Shown piece by piece: positions 29,449 through 38,662 of a stretch of 64,000 nt of DNA; position 1 is the stretch's first letter; every line of letters begins with the position of its first letter. The position numbers and the translations under genes were made by a program. Origin of the DNA: Roseibacillus sp. (GTDB lineage: Bacteria; Verrucomicrobiota; Verrucomicrobiia; Verrucomicrobiales; Akkermansiaceae); contig JBPOGI010000001.1 of the NCBI GenBank assembly GCA_051251855.1, forward strand, positions 1,472,001 to 1,536,000, written 5' to 3'. Under the pieces are notes generated by a model that was given only the letters and a program-made list of their open reading frames with translations, ran no database searches and was not told the origin of the DNA.

Positions 29449-30288
29449 ATGCAAAAAAAACTCATCCTCAGCTACCTGTTCGCCGTATCCACCTCGGCAG
29501 GCATTGTGAGCGGAGCGAATATTCTCGTCGATTCCTTCACCGACACCAACGCGAACACCAACAATTTCGCCTACAATGGTCTCGGATGGCATTCGAAGAC
29601 GTTTTGGCAAGATGGCCCAACCGCCGATAGTCTCCAAGCTCGGCAAAACTTCGGCACCGATGGCGTAAATACCTTTGGGATTGCTCAAACGGTGTCTGTC
29701 GCCTCCTTAGGAATCGACGCAACCGACCTGACCTTAAGCTTCGATTGGACTCCCGATGCAACGGCAACCCAAGCGGTCTCCCTTGAACTCACCTATCAAC
29801 TCGTGGCTTGGGATACTGGTGGAGTCGCTCCAGATGCGGCAGATCCGATGTTCTATGGAATGAATTTCAATGGCACCACAATCGGAGGAGGCGTCAACTC
29901 ACCAATGCCAACGGGAACCATCGGGTTTGACCTCATCAGTGGAACCTTCAGCGACCCAGTCACGGTTAGTGGGGGAAGCCTCTTCGAGCATCCATCGACC
30001 GGTCAGCTTTTTCCCAATGGTCCCGTCGTTTCGAGCGCAGCAGGGGTCACGACCAGCTTCAGTCAAAGCTTCTCCTTGGATTTGGGAAGCAATTCGGTTC
30101 TCTCGGACTACGACTACGTTGGCGTTCGATTTTTCATCGGTGATGGCACCGCGAATGCCACAGACCCTGGAAATGATGGTGACGCCCTCATCTCCAACAT
30201 CTCACTGGACGCAGTCGCAGTTCCCGAACCCTCTGCAGCCCTGCTTTCTCTCTGTGCTCTTAGCCTTTTCTTGAGGCGCCGACGCTAA
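29449..30288 (+). CDS. PEP-CTERM sorting domain protein
   Basis: Signal peptide, C-terminal 'VPEPSAALL...RRRR'. Confidence 0.9.
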   Translation: MQKKLILSYLFAVSTSAGIVSGANILVDSFTDTNANTNNFAYNGLGWHSKTFWQDGPTADSLQARQNFGTDGVNTFGIAQTVSVASLGIDATDLTLSFDWTPDATATQAVSLELTYQLVAWDTGGVAPDAADPMFYGMNFNGTTIGGGVNSPMPTGTIGFDLISGTFSDPVTVSGGSLFEHPSTGQLFPNGPVVSSAAGVTTSFSQSFSLDLGSNSVLSDYDYVGVRFFIGDGTANATDPGNDGDALISNISLDAVAVPEPSAALLSLCALSLFLRRRR

Positions 30289-30316
30289 CCCCTCATCTTT
30301 TCGCAGGCAATCCCAC

Positions 30317-30350
30317 TAAAAATGCCATCCCAATTGGGATGGCATTTTTA
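30317..30350 (+). terminator. Rho-independent terminator (perfect 34-bp palindrome, potentially bidirectional)
   Basis: TAAAAATGCCATCCCAA|TTGGGATGGCATTTTTA just downstream of the PEP-CTERM gene. Confidence 0.8.
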
Positions 30351-30454
30351 CTTTCGGATGACGAAGCACCGAAAGAACAGTGACTAAATCCAAAGCATTT
30401 TTAAGCCATTCTAAATCTATTCTTGGTGCCCTCTCGTGCTATCATTTCCGCTCC

Positions 30455-31840
30455 ATGAGAAAAGTCCTTTCGTCTCTCCTGCTATCATTCTCGGTGTCAT
30501 TGGCATGGGCTGAAACCGAAATTAAGAAACCCAATATTCTCATGATCGCGATCGACGATCTCAATGATTGGGTTGGTTTTCTCGACGGGCATCCCCAAAC
30601 CCAGACGCCCAACATGGATCGTCTGGCGGCACAAGGAATGGTCTTCACCAACGCCCATTGCGCCGTCCCTTCTTGCAATCCCTCACGCTCGGCAATCATG
30701 AGCGGAATCGCTCCCTGGATATCTCACCTCTATTCCAATAATCAAGTGATGCGGGAAAGCCCCGTTCTCAAAGACGCCATCATGATGCCGAAATACTTCA
30801 GCAATCACGGCTACTTCTCACTCTCACGCGGCAAGATTTTTCACCACGCCGATATGGAGCAAGATTCCTGGGACCTTTGGAGCGACCAAAAGAAGGACAA
30901 AATCAAAGTCCCTAAAAATGAGCAAACCGACATGACTCCTTACGCGGCGGTCGAGGTTAAGGAGGCCCTCACCTTCGTTCAAAAACCGCAAATCTCGTGG
31001 ACCTCAACCCAGCAACCGAAGGAGCTTTCCAAAGACTACCAGAATGCCATCTGGGCCGCCCAATGGTTGACTGACCATGGAGAGAAAAAAGTGGAACAAC
31101 CCTTCTTCCTCGCCTGCGGAATCTTTCGTCCCCATCTCCCCTTCACCATTCCAGCGGAGTATTTCGAACGCATCAAGTTAGATAAGGTCACCCTCCCCCC
31201 CATCAAGGAAGACTACCAAGGCGTTCCCGCGGTCAAACCAACCACAGAGTATCAGGATGCCAAAGAGCGAGGTCTTCGCGAACAAGTCGTCTGGGCCTAT
31301 CTCGCCAGCATCGCCTACGCTGACGACTGCGTGGGCTGTATCCTCGACGCCTTGGAAGAAAGCCCTTACCGCGACAATACCATTGTCATTCTATGGAGCG
31401 ACCACGGATGGCATGTGGGAGAGAAACTTCGCTACAAAAAAACGACCCCGTGGGAACGAGCCACTCGATCACCGCTGATTATCAAGGCGCCCGGCCACTC
31501 CCCCGGACGCACCACGCGACCAGTAGGCCTCATCGACCTTTTCCCCACTCTCATCGACTTAGCCGACATCCCCGCGAAAGAAGAACTCTCTGGGCGTAGC
31601 CTCACTCCCCTGTTAAAAGACCCCGAGACGAAATGGGAGTTCCCCGCAATTACTCAAGTCGGTAAATCCAGCTACTCCATTCGCTCGGAGCGCTTTCGCT
31701 TCATCAAAAGTACTAAGCGGAACATCGAACTCTACGACTTAGAAACCGATCCGAGCGAATGGAATAACTTAGCCTCCGACCCGGCGCATGCCGAAGTACT
31801 CAAATCGCTCGATGCTCACCTCCCGAATTCGGAAAACTAA
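30455..31840 (+). CDS. S1 sulfatase (iduronate-2-sulfatase/choline-sulfatase-like group)
   Basis: Signal peptide from ATG 30455, 'PNILMIAIDDLNDW', 'CNPSR', 'GKIFH', 'SDHGWHVGEK'. Confidence 0.92.
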   Translation: MRKVLSSLLLSFSVSLAWAETEIKKPNILMIAIDDLNDWVGFLDGHPQTQTPNMDRLAAQGMVFTNAHCAVPSCNPSRSAIMSGIAPWISHLYSNNQVMRESPVLKDAIMMPKYFSNHGYFSLSRGKIFHHADMEQDSWDLWSDQKKDKIKVPKNEQTDMTPYAAVEVKEALTFVQKPQISWTSTQQPKELSKDYQNAIWAAQWLTDHGEKKVEQPFFLACGIFRPHLPFTIPAEYFERIKLDKVTLPPIKEDYQGVPAVKPTTEYQDAKERGLREQVVWAYLASIAYADDCVGCILDALEESPYRDNTIVILWSDHGWHVGEKLRYKKTTPWERATRSPLIIKAPGHSPGRTTRPVGLIDLFPTLIDLADIPAKEELSGRSLTPLLKDPETKWEFPAITQVGKSSYSIRSERFRFIKSTKRNIELYDLETDPSEWNNLASDPAHAEVLKSLDAHLPNSEN

Positions 31841-32033
31841 CCACCTCACGATGCCGGTAGTCGCTTCGTCGGCACAAGCCGACAGCGCTCCCTGGGTATT
31901 GCGGACCAATAAAAAACTATCCTTCTTTCGGAAAGACAGCCCCAGCCTCCGCACGTATCCTAAAGAATCACGCAAACAACTTGCACCCAAATCCGCCAAA
32001 AAACATCCGCACCTGCGCCAAGCTCCTTCAACC

Positions 32034-33287
32034 ATGAATTCCAATCGCCGCACATTCCTCAAAGGCCTCGGTGGAGCCTTGGCGCTTCCCCTGCTCGAAG
32101 CACGGGCTCTTCCCACCACAACCACCCCCACCCGCTTCCTCGTGGTCGGAAACCCCTTCGGCATGCATCCAGACTACTTCTTTCCTAAGGAGTTTGGAAA
32201 AGGCTTCACCCTTCCCAAAACGCTGCAGTCCCTCGAATGGATTCGCGAAAGACTCACCATTCTTTCACACACCGACCACAATATGATCAGTGGCCATGGA
32301 CGGGAAATTTCCTTTCTCAGCGGACTCCTTCCAACCGATAGCCAGACCTTTCCCGAGAAAAACATGTCGCTGGATCAACTGATGGCTCGCCACGCCGGCT
32401 CACAGGTTCGCTATCCCTCCATCGAGGCCGGTCTCGGTAGTGGGATCCGCATGAACTGGACCGCCAACGGGGTTGAGAAGACCCCCTTCACCGACCCTCA
32501 AAAGCTCTACGATCACCTCTTCGTCAACCTCACGGCCGAACAAAAAACGGAACGTCGCAAGCTCCTCGACCGCAACGGCAGCATCCTCGATAGTCTTGGC
32601 GACCAATTCAGCGCCATCGAGAAAAGCTCCAGCCAAGCCGACCGCGAACGACTCGACCAATACCAAACCTCCATCCGTGAGCTGGAGGGCACCTTCGCTG
32701 ACCGCAAAACTTGGATTGGGCAGGACAAGCCCGTCTTCGACATCTCCAACCAGCTTGGCCACTCCGAAGTCACCATCGAAAATCGCTACCATGCCATTTT
32801 CGATATGATCAGCTACGCCTTCGAGACCGACCTCACCCGCGTGGCATCCATCGCCTTTCCCCAGAGCCTCAGCTACTCCGACGTGGGAGGAGTCACCCGC
32901 AGCTACCACGGTTGCACTCACAATGGCAAAATGGAAAACGTCACTGCCGAACTCGTCGCCATCGAGTCCTTTCAAATCGCTCAACTCTCTCGGCTCATGA
33001 AGAAGCTCGATGCCATCAAGGAGCCCAACGCTGATGGCACCCTCCTCGATCACACCATCATCCTGTTCGGCAGTGGCATGGGATACGGAGGAACCCACTC
33101 CAACCGAGACCTGCCCATTCTCGTCGCAGGAGGAGGCTTCCAACATCTCGGCCACGTCGATACGCGCAACGAGAGCGGGCAGAACATGCCCCTCTGCAAT
33201 CTCTACCTCACCCTTCTGCAACGATTTGGGGTTGAGCGCGACCAATTCAATACCAGCACCGGACTTTTTGACCTCAAGTATGCGTAA
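32034..33287 (+). CDS. DUF1552 family protein (Tat leader)
   Basis: 'MNSNRRTFLKGLGGALALPLLE', 'SLDQ', 'LDQYQTSIRELE', 'AFETDLTRVA', 'TLLDHT', 'HSNRDLP'. Confidence 0.9.
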   Translation: MNSNRRTFLKGLGGALALPLLEARALPTTTTPTRFLVVGNPFGMHPDYFFPKEFGKGFTLPKTLQSLEWIRERLTILSHTDHNMISGHGREISFLSGLLPTDSQTFPEKNMSLDQLMARHAGSQVRYPSIEAGLGSGIRMNWTANGVEKTPFTDPQKLYDHLFVNLTAEQKTERRKLLDRNGSILDSLGDQFSAIEKSSSQADRERLDQYQTSIRELEGTFADRKTWIGQDKPVFDISNQLGHSEVTIENRYHAIFDMISYAFETDLTRVASIAFPQSLSYSDVGGVTRSYHGCTHNGKMENVTAELVAIESFQIAQLSRLMKKLDAIKEPNADGTLLDHTIILFGSGMGYGGTHSNRDLPILVAGGGFQHLGHVDTRNESGQNMPLCNLYLTLLQRFGVERDQFNTSTGLFDLKYA

Positions 33288-35766
33288 GCTCATCACCCCT
33301 TTCCTCGCTTGGGTCATCACCGCCACCCTCAGCGCGGCCCCATCTCTTTCCTCTCTGCTGGAGGAAAACTGCTTCGAGTGTCACAACGACAAGAAGAGCA
33401 AAGGAAAGTTCAAAATACTCCACCTAGGCGACGCACCTACGGAAGAGAACCTCGACCGTTGGCTCGACTGTCTAGACCTCGTCGACAGCGAAGAGATGCC
33501 ACCGGAAGAAGACAGTAATCTCTCCGCGCTCGACCGCGCCAGCCTCATCGCCCTCCTGGAAGCGAAACTCGACGAATACAACTCCAAGCCCCGAGTCAGA
33601 AAGCCCGACACCCCTCGACGCCTAAACAACCGTGAGTTCGCCAATAGCGTCCGCGACGCCCTCCTTCTCGAGCACATTGGCACCAACGATCCAGTCGACA
33701 ACCTCATTGCCGACAACCTCTACCACGGTTTCGACACCCACAGTGAAACCCTTGGATTCAGCCGCTTTCACCTGGAACAATACATGGTTGCCATCCGAAA
33801 AATCGTTGACGCCACCATCCTTTCCGGAGAACAGCCCCCAGCCAAACACTATCACATTCCCGCTGAGGACATGCGCCGCGAGCAGCTGCGACAAGTCACC
33901 GTTCGCGATCTCGTCCATAGCGTCAACGGAACCATCGACCTCAGCGATCCTAGTCTTGGTCTCTATTTCGAAACCATGCGTGCCACGCCCTCTACCGGAT
34001 TCTACCGAATCAAGATTCGTGCTGCCGGCATTGATCGTGGCTACTACCCACAAGAAAAAACTGGAATTTGGGATGACGACCCCATTCAGCTCAAACTCGA
34101 TTTCAACAACCTCGGCTTCACCTTCGACCTCCCTGACGAAGAGCCTCAGGAGTTCGAAATCCGCGCGTGGCTTGCCGAAGGAACCCGCCTGCGATTAAGC
34201 AATCCAACCGATGGACTGCGAATGCGCGGCAACGGGAACTTTAAATTTCAAAACGCCATTGCTGGAGAGTTCACCAAAAAGAACGAACCCGAGCGCTATG
34301 CCCGAATCGTGGCAAAAATCAAAAGCTCTGGCGGCAGAGAACGCGTCACTACCCGACCTGATTTCTGGCCCAATTGGGTTGCCTACTGGCGGGGTCCTCG
34401 CCCCCGAGTCTACTCAGCCGAAATCGAAGGCCCTCTCTTCGATAGTTGGCCCCCTCAACGCCAAGTCTCCCTCATCGGCGAGAACCCCTCCGCAGAAAAC
34501 GCCTCCGAAATCCTTCTCCCCATCGCCCAGCGTGCATGGCGCCGCTCTGTCCAACCAAATGAACTCAGCTCCTTCGTCCAACTCGTCCAATCGCGTGCCC
34601 CAAGCATCGGCGACCTCGAAGCAATCAAAGACGGCATCGTCGCAATTTTCGCGTCCCCGTCCTTCCTCTTCATCAATGGACAAAGCAATGAACCTAGCGA
34701 CCACTTTCGCACGAAACTCAGCTACCTCCTACGCAGCAGCCTCCCAGAGCGCGAACTACAAAAAGAATCCCCAGAATCCCCCCTGAATTCCTTCGAGGAC
34801 ATTCTTGCTCACCTCAAGAAGGAGTCCTCCTCCCAGCGCATGGAGGAATTTCTCGACGAGTTCCCCAATGCTTGGTTCGAGCTCGACGACATCAACTTCA
34901 TGTCACCCGATCCCGCAAATTACCCCTACTACCACAAAAAGAAGCTCAGCCAAGACATGGTCGGCGAGGCCAAAACCTTCTTCCGCCACATCATCGAGAA
35001 CAACCTTCCCGTCACCGAGTTTCTCACCGCCGACTACAGCTTCATCAACGCAGACCTCGCCGAAATTTACCAAGTTACAGACATCCCCTCGGATTCGAAG
35101 TTTCGCAAATACGTCTTCACAGACGGACGCCGGGGCGGCCTCTTGGGAATGGGTGCCTTTCTCACCTCCACCGCCGACAGCCTCTCCACCTCACCCATTC
35201 ACCGTGCGGTCTACGTGATGGAAAACTTCCTCGGCATCCATCCCACCCCACCCCCGGCCGACGTCAAGATCACCGAGCCAGATGTACGCCAAGCCAAAAC
35301 TATCAAGGAGATCCTCGCCGCGCACACCTCCGACGTCTCGTGTGCCAGTTGCCACGCAACCATCGATCCCTACGGATATGCCTTCGAGAATTTCGACCCC
35401 ACAGGAGCTTGGCGGGAACACTACACCTTACCTTCGGAAGAAATTCTCTCGGAGGAAGAAACCCCAAAGCGCAAACGCAATCGCCCGAAGATCGTTGCTA
35501 TCCCTATCGATACCAGTGCCCAATTTCGCAGCGGCGACAGCTATCAAGACATCACCGAATTCCGCGCTATTCTTCAAAATGACCTCAACCGAGAACGCTT
35601 CGTTAAGAGCTTTGTCGAGAAGCTCCTTCTCTATTCTAACGGAGCCGAACCCGATACCTCTGACTTCGCCGAAATCGACCAAATCCTCTTAAAGTCCGCC
35701 GCCCACGACTACCGCATCATCGAGACCCTCGCCGCTGTGATCGATAGCCCCTTGTTCCACAATTGA
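33280..35766 (+). CDS. DUF1587/1595/1592/1588/1585 multidomain cytochrome-c-like protein
   Basis: Start ATG 33280 overlaps the upstream stop. CFECH and CASCH heme motifs, 'RRLNNRE', 'RGGLLG', 'TSPIHR', 'IDPYGYAFENFD'. Confidence 0.9.
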   Translation: MRKLITPFLAWVITATLSAAPSLSSLLEENCFECHNDKKSKGKFKILHLGDAPTEENLDRWLDCLDLVDSEEMPPEEDSNLSALDRASLIALLEAKLDEYNSKPRVRKPDTPRRLNNREFANSVRDALLLEHIGTNDPVDNLIADNLYHGFDTHSETLGFSRFHLEQYMVAIRKIVDATILSGEQPPAKHYHIPAEDMRREQLRQVTVRDLVHSVNGTIDLSDPSLGLYFETMRATPSTGFYRIKIRAAGIDRGYYPQEKTGIWDDDPIQLKLDFNNLGFTFDLPDEEPQEFEIRAWLAEGTRLRLSNPTDGLRMRGNGNFKFQNAIAGEFTKKNEPERYARIVAKIKSSGGRERVTTRPDFWPNWVAYWRGPRPRVYSAEIEGPLFDSWPPQRQVSLIGENPSAENASEILLPIAQRAWRRSVQPNELSSFVQLVQSRAPSIGDLEAIKDGIVAIFASPSFLFINGQSNEPSDHFRTKLSYLLRSSLPERELQKESPESPLNSFEDILAHLKKESSSQRMEEFLDEFPNAWFELDDINFMSPDPANYPYYHKKKLSQDMVGEAKTFFRHIIENNLPVTEFLTADYSFINADLAEIYQVTDIPSDSKFRKYVFTDGRRGGLLGMGAFLTSTADSLSTSPIHRAVYVMENFLGIHPTPPPADVKITEPDVRQAKTIKEILAAHTSDVSCASCHATIDPYGYAFENFDPTGAWREHYTLPSEEILSEEETPKRKRNRPKIVAIPIDTSAQFRSGDSYQDITEFRAILQNDLNRERFVKSFVEKLLLYSNGAEPDTSDFAEIDQILLKSAAHDYRIIETLAAVIDSPLFHN

Positions 35767-35806
35767 CTCATGGCTCCATCGCAAAAAATCGCGCGAGCCT
35801 CACAGC

Positions 35807-36562
35807 CTATACTCGTCGACGTCTAACAAGTCCGAGACCGGCACAAATCGCAAGCAGCCCGGTGCCGCTTGGCTCAGGGATGCTGTTAAAGGAAATGTTA
35901 TCAATGGTGTAGGTGCCACCCGTTTGGGCATTGAAGGTCTGCAGGACGAGGGTATCGACCCCGCTCGTCGGAGGCCCTTCACCCTGACCTGAAACATTCT
36001 GGTCATTACCACCGGACTTGGAATTTCCAATCCAAAGCTCATAAGAGTTATTCGCAAGACTGTCGGTGGAGCCATCCGGGGCAGTATAGTCGATAGCCGC
36101 TCCGCTCACATTGAAGTAGTAGTTGATGGTCGTTGAGACCACAATAGTGGTCATATTCAAATTATCAGCAAAATTGGGTACGGGGTTACCGTTTGTCGAA
36201 CGCGCTGCCCCATCGACCATCTGAACAAACAAGGTGGCATTGGCGGTATCACCCGGATCCAAAGGATCGTCCTCAACGCGAAAAGCATCGAAGGTGAAAT
36301 TGCCAACTAACGTTCCTGTGGTCGATTCCAACTCAATTCGATCCGATCCTCCATCGGGGTCTATCACAATGGATCCGCCTGCGTAGGACACTGTTCCCGT
36401 GACGTCCAAGTTCTGACCTGCACCTGAAGTGGTTGTAATGGCACGGTCAACAGCCGCACCATCAGCATCCGGAAACGACTCCGACCAAATGAGGGCAGCA
36501 GTGCCGTGTGAGGTGAGAACCGCGAGGCCTAAAAGGGAGTAGAGAGAAGTTAAGTGACTCAT
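35807..36562 (-). CDS. PEP-CTERM sorting domain protein
   Basis: Signal peptide from ATG 36562, C-terminal 'IPEPS' + TM + 'RRRRV'. Confidence 0.88.
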   Translation of the reverse strand: MSHLTSLYSLLGLAVLTSHGTAALIWSESFPDADGAAVDRAITTTSGAGQNLDVTGTVSYAGGSIVIDPDGGSDRIELESTTGTLVGNFTFDAFRVEDDPLDPGDTANATLFVQMVDGAARSTNGNPVPNFADNLNMTTIVVSTTINYYFNVSGAAIDYTAPDGSTDSLANNSYELWIGNSKSGGNDQNVSGQGEGPPTSGVDTLVLQTFNAQTGGTYTIDNISFNSIPEPSGTGLLAICAGLGLVRRRRV

Positions 36563-36712
36563 GGGGAATCTTTTGGGGTTTTGAAGAAGGGCTTTTCCTT
36601 CAAAACTCACCCTTCAAATTATCATTTGACCAGTCAATCTCTTTTCGAAGTTTGGTAGGGAAATCAGGAATGAAACGAAACTAAACGCCCCAAATGGGCA
36701 GATTTGAGTCAT

Positions 36713-36735
36713 TTTACGTATGTCGTATGCGGAAT
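36713..36735. promoter_or_regulatory. Putative dyad operator, copy 4 (divergent PEP-CTERM / GH110-GH150 operon)
   Basis: TTT-ACGTAT-GTCGT-ATGCGG-AAT, plus an extra half-site-like AATCGCATAC at 36759. Confidence 0.55.
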
Positions 36736-36800
36736 CGCGACTATTCGTGAGTTGGCGCAATCGCATACTTTCTCACTAAGAAAAACCATCAGTTTTCCCA

Positions 36801-38636
36801 ATGAAGTGCCTTTTACCAACCGCCCTCTTTTCGCTGTTTCACTCGCTGAGTGCTGAAATCATCTCCGTAGCCGACCACGGAATCGTTCCTGGCAAAGACG
36901 CCACTTTCGCAGTCAATCGCCTCATCGAATCTCTCGATGGAGACTCCGAAGCGACGATTCAATTTCCAAAAGGTCGTTATGAATTCTTCCCTGAGAATGC
37001 TCTCGAGACTCATCGCGCAGTCTCGAACCATGACAATAGCCTCAAGCGTCTCGCCTTTCCGCTCTTCAATCTCAAGAACGTCACCATTGATGGCAATGGA
37101 TCGGAGTTCATCTTCCATGGCCGCATTTCCCCCATCGCGATCGATGGTTCGGAGAACATCACCCTCAAAAATTTCTCTATCGACTGGAGTCGTTCTTTTC
37201 ACGACGAATACGAAGTCATCGCGCGAGACCTCGAAAAGAAAACCGTTCGGCTGAAAGTTGATCCCGCGAAGTATCCCTTCGCTATCAAACACGGAACCCT
37301 CTTTTCGAAAAAGTATGATTGGGAAGACCGCATGGGTTCGAACATGACCTTTGACCCAAAGACACGTTCCCCCATCTACGACACCAAACGATATAACGTT
37401 AATTTCACCCGCCCTCATCACGCTTCACCTGCAGGAAAAGGCCTCATCGACCTACAAGCCCACTTCAGCAAAGAACCCCCGCCGGTGGGCAGCGTCCTTA
37501 TTTCCTACGGAACTCACCCAACCAGTCGCCTCTGCCCCGCCATGCACCTCGCCAACTCCAAAGACATCCTCATCGAAGGCGTCACTATCTACGAAGCGGG
37601 GGGAATGGGAGTGATCGCCGAACGCACAGAGAATGTGCGCCTGCAGAAGGTGACCGTCACCTCCAACAGCGAGCGCTTGGTCTCTACCCGAGCGGACGCG
37701 ACTCACTTCATTGGCTGCAAAGGACTCATCCACCTGGAAGACTGCCTCTTTGAGCACATGCTCGATGACGCCACCAACGTCCACGGAGCCTACGTGAAGG
37801 TCATGGAAACTCTCGAAGACAACCAACTCATCTGCGAGATCAGCCACTTCCAACAGTGGGGATTAGTCTTTGCAGGCCCAGGAGACGAAGTCGCTCTTCT
37901 CTCACGCGAAACCATTCTTCCGTTTCATAAGACCACGGTGACTGCGGTCAAACCCATCAATGAGCGCCGCTTCCTAATCACTCTCGCTGATATCCCAGAC
38001 AACCTTCCCGACGTTCCCCTATCGGTTGAAAACCTCACTTGGAATCCCGACTTCGTGATGCGCAACAACATCGTGCGTGAAAACCGGGCCCGGAGTGTGC
38101 TCGTCACCACCAAGGGCAAAGTCCTCATCGAGGGAAACACTTTTGCCTCCCAAATGCATGGCATTCTCATCGAGGGCGACAACAACGTTTGGTATGAGTC
38201 AGGCGCGGTCCAAGACATTACCATTCGCGACAATGACTTCATCAACATCGGGTTCGAGGCCACGGATCGCTACCCTCTCTACGTTGCCCCCCTCCTCAAC
38301 GAAACCCAGCGTTTTGGAGAAGGACACTATCACCGCAACATTAAGTTCACTGGCAATCGGGTGAAAAGCTTCAGCGGTCACTTTGTGCACGCCCTGTCGG
38401 TCTCCAATTTGGTCATCGAGGACAACGTGATGGAATTTAGCCGCGACTACCCTGCCACGAATAGCCATCCCGCAATCAACCTCATCTATTGCGACCAAGT
38501 CTCCACCAAGAACAACACCTTCAAAGGCTTCGAAAGAGTTCTTCGCCACACCGTTTCCAATCAATCAACGGCTATCAAGTTTGAAAACAACCCGGGACTC
38601 GAACCCACATTAGTTCCCGCAGAAGCGAAGAACTAG
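36801..38636 (+). CDS. Glycoside hydrolase family 110 (alpha-1,3-galactosidase, beta-helix)
   Basis: 'I.FPKGRY.F', 'SNHDN', 'TIDGNGS.FIFHG', 'ADATHF', 'DDATNVHG', 'NRAR..L'. Confidence 0.9.
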   Translation: MKCLLPTALFSLFHSLSAEIISVADHGIVPGKDATFAVNRLIESLDGDSEATIQFPKGRYEFFPENALETHRAVSNHDNSLKRLAFPLFNLKNVTIDGNGSEFIFHGRISPIAIDGSENITLKNFSIDWSRSFHDEYEVIARDLEKKTVRLKVDPAKYPFAIKHGTLFSKKYDWEDRMGSNMTFDPKTRSPIYDTKRYNVNFTRPHHASPAGKGLIDLQAHFSKEPPPVGSVLISYGTHPTSRLCPAMHLANSKDILIEGVTIYEAGGMGVIAERTENVRLQKVTVTSNSERLVSTRADATHFIGCKGLIHLEDCLFEHMLDDATNVHGAYVKVMETLEDNQLICEISHFQQWGLVFAGPGDEVALLSRETILPFHKTTVTAVKPINERRFLITLADIPDNLPDVPLSVENLTWNPDFVMRNNIVRENRARSVLVTTKGKVLIEGNTFASQMHGILIEGDNNVWYESGAVQDITIRDNDFINIGFEATDRYPLYVAPLLNETQRFGEGHYHRNIKFTGNRVKSFSGHFVHALSVSNLVIEDNVMEFSRDYPATNSHPAINLIYCDQVSTKNNTFKGFERVLRHTVSNQSTAIKFENNPGLEPTLVPAEAKN

Positions 38637-38662
38637 CGGTCGCTCGCGCATCGATTGACCAA

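Noticed and set aside
35787..35800. AATCGCGC half-match to the dyad motif
   Set aside because: Lies between convergent stop codons and lacks the second half-site.
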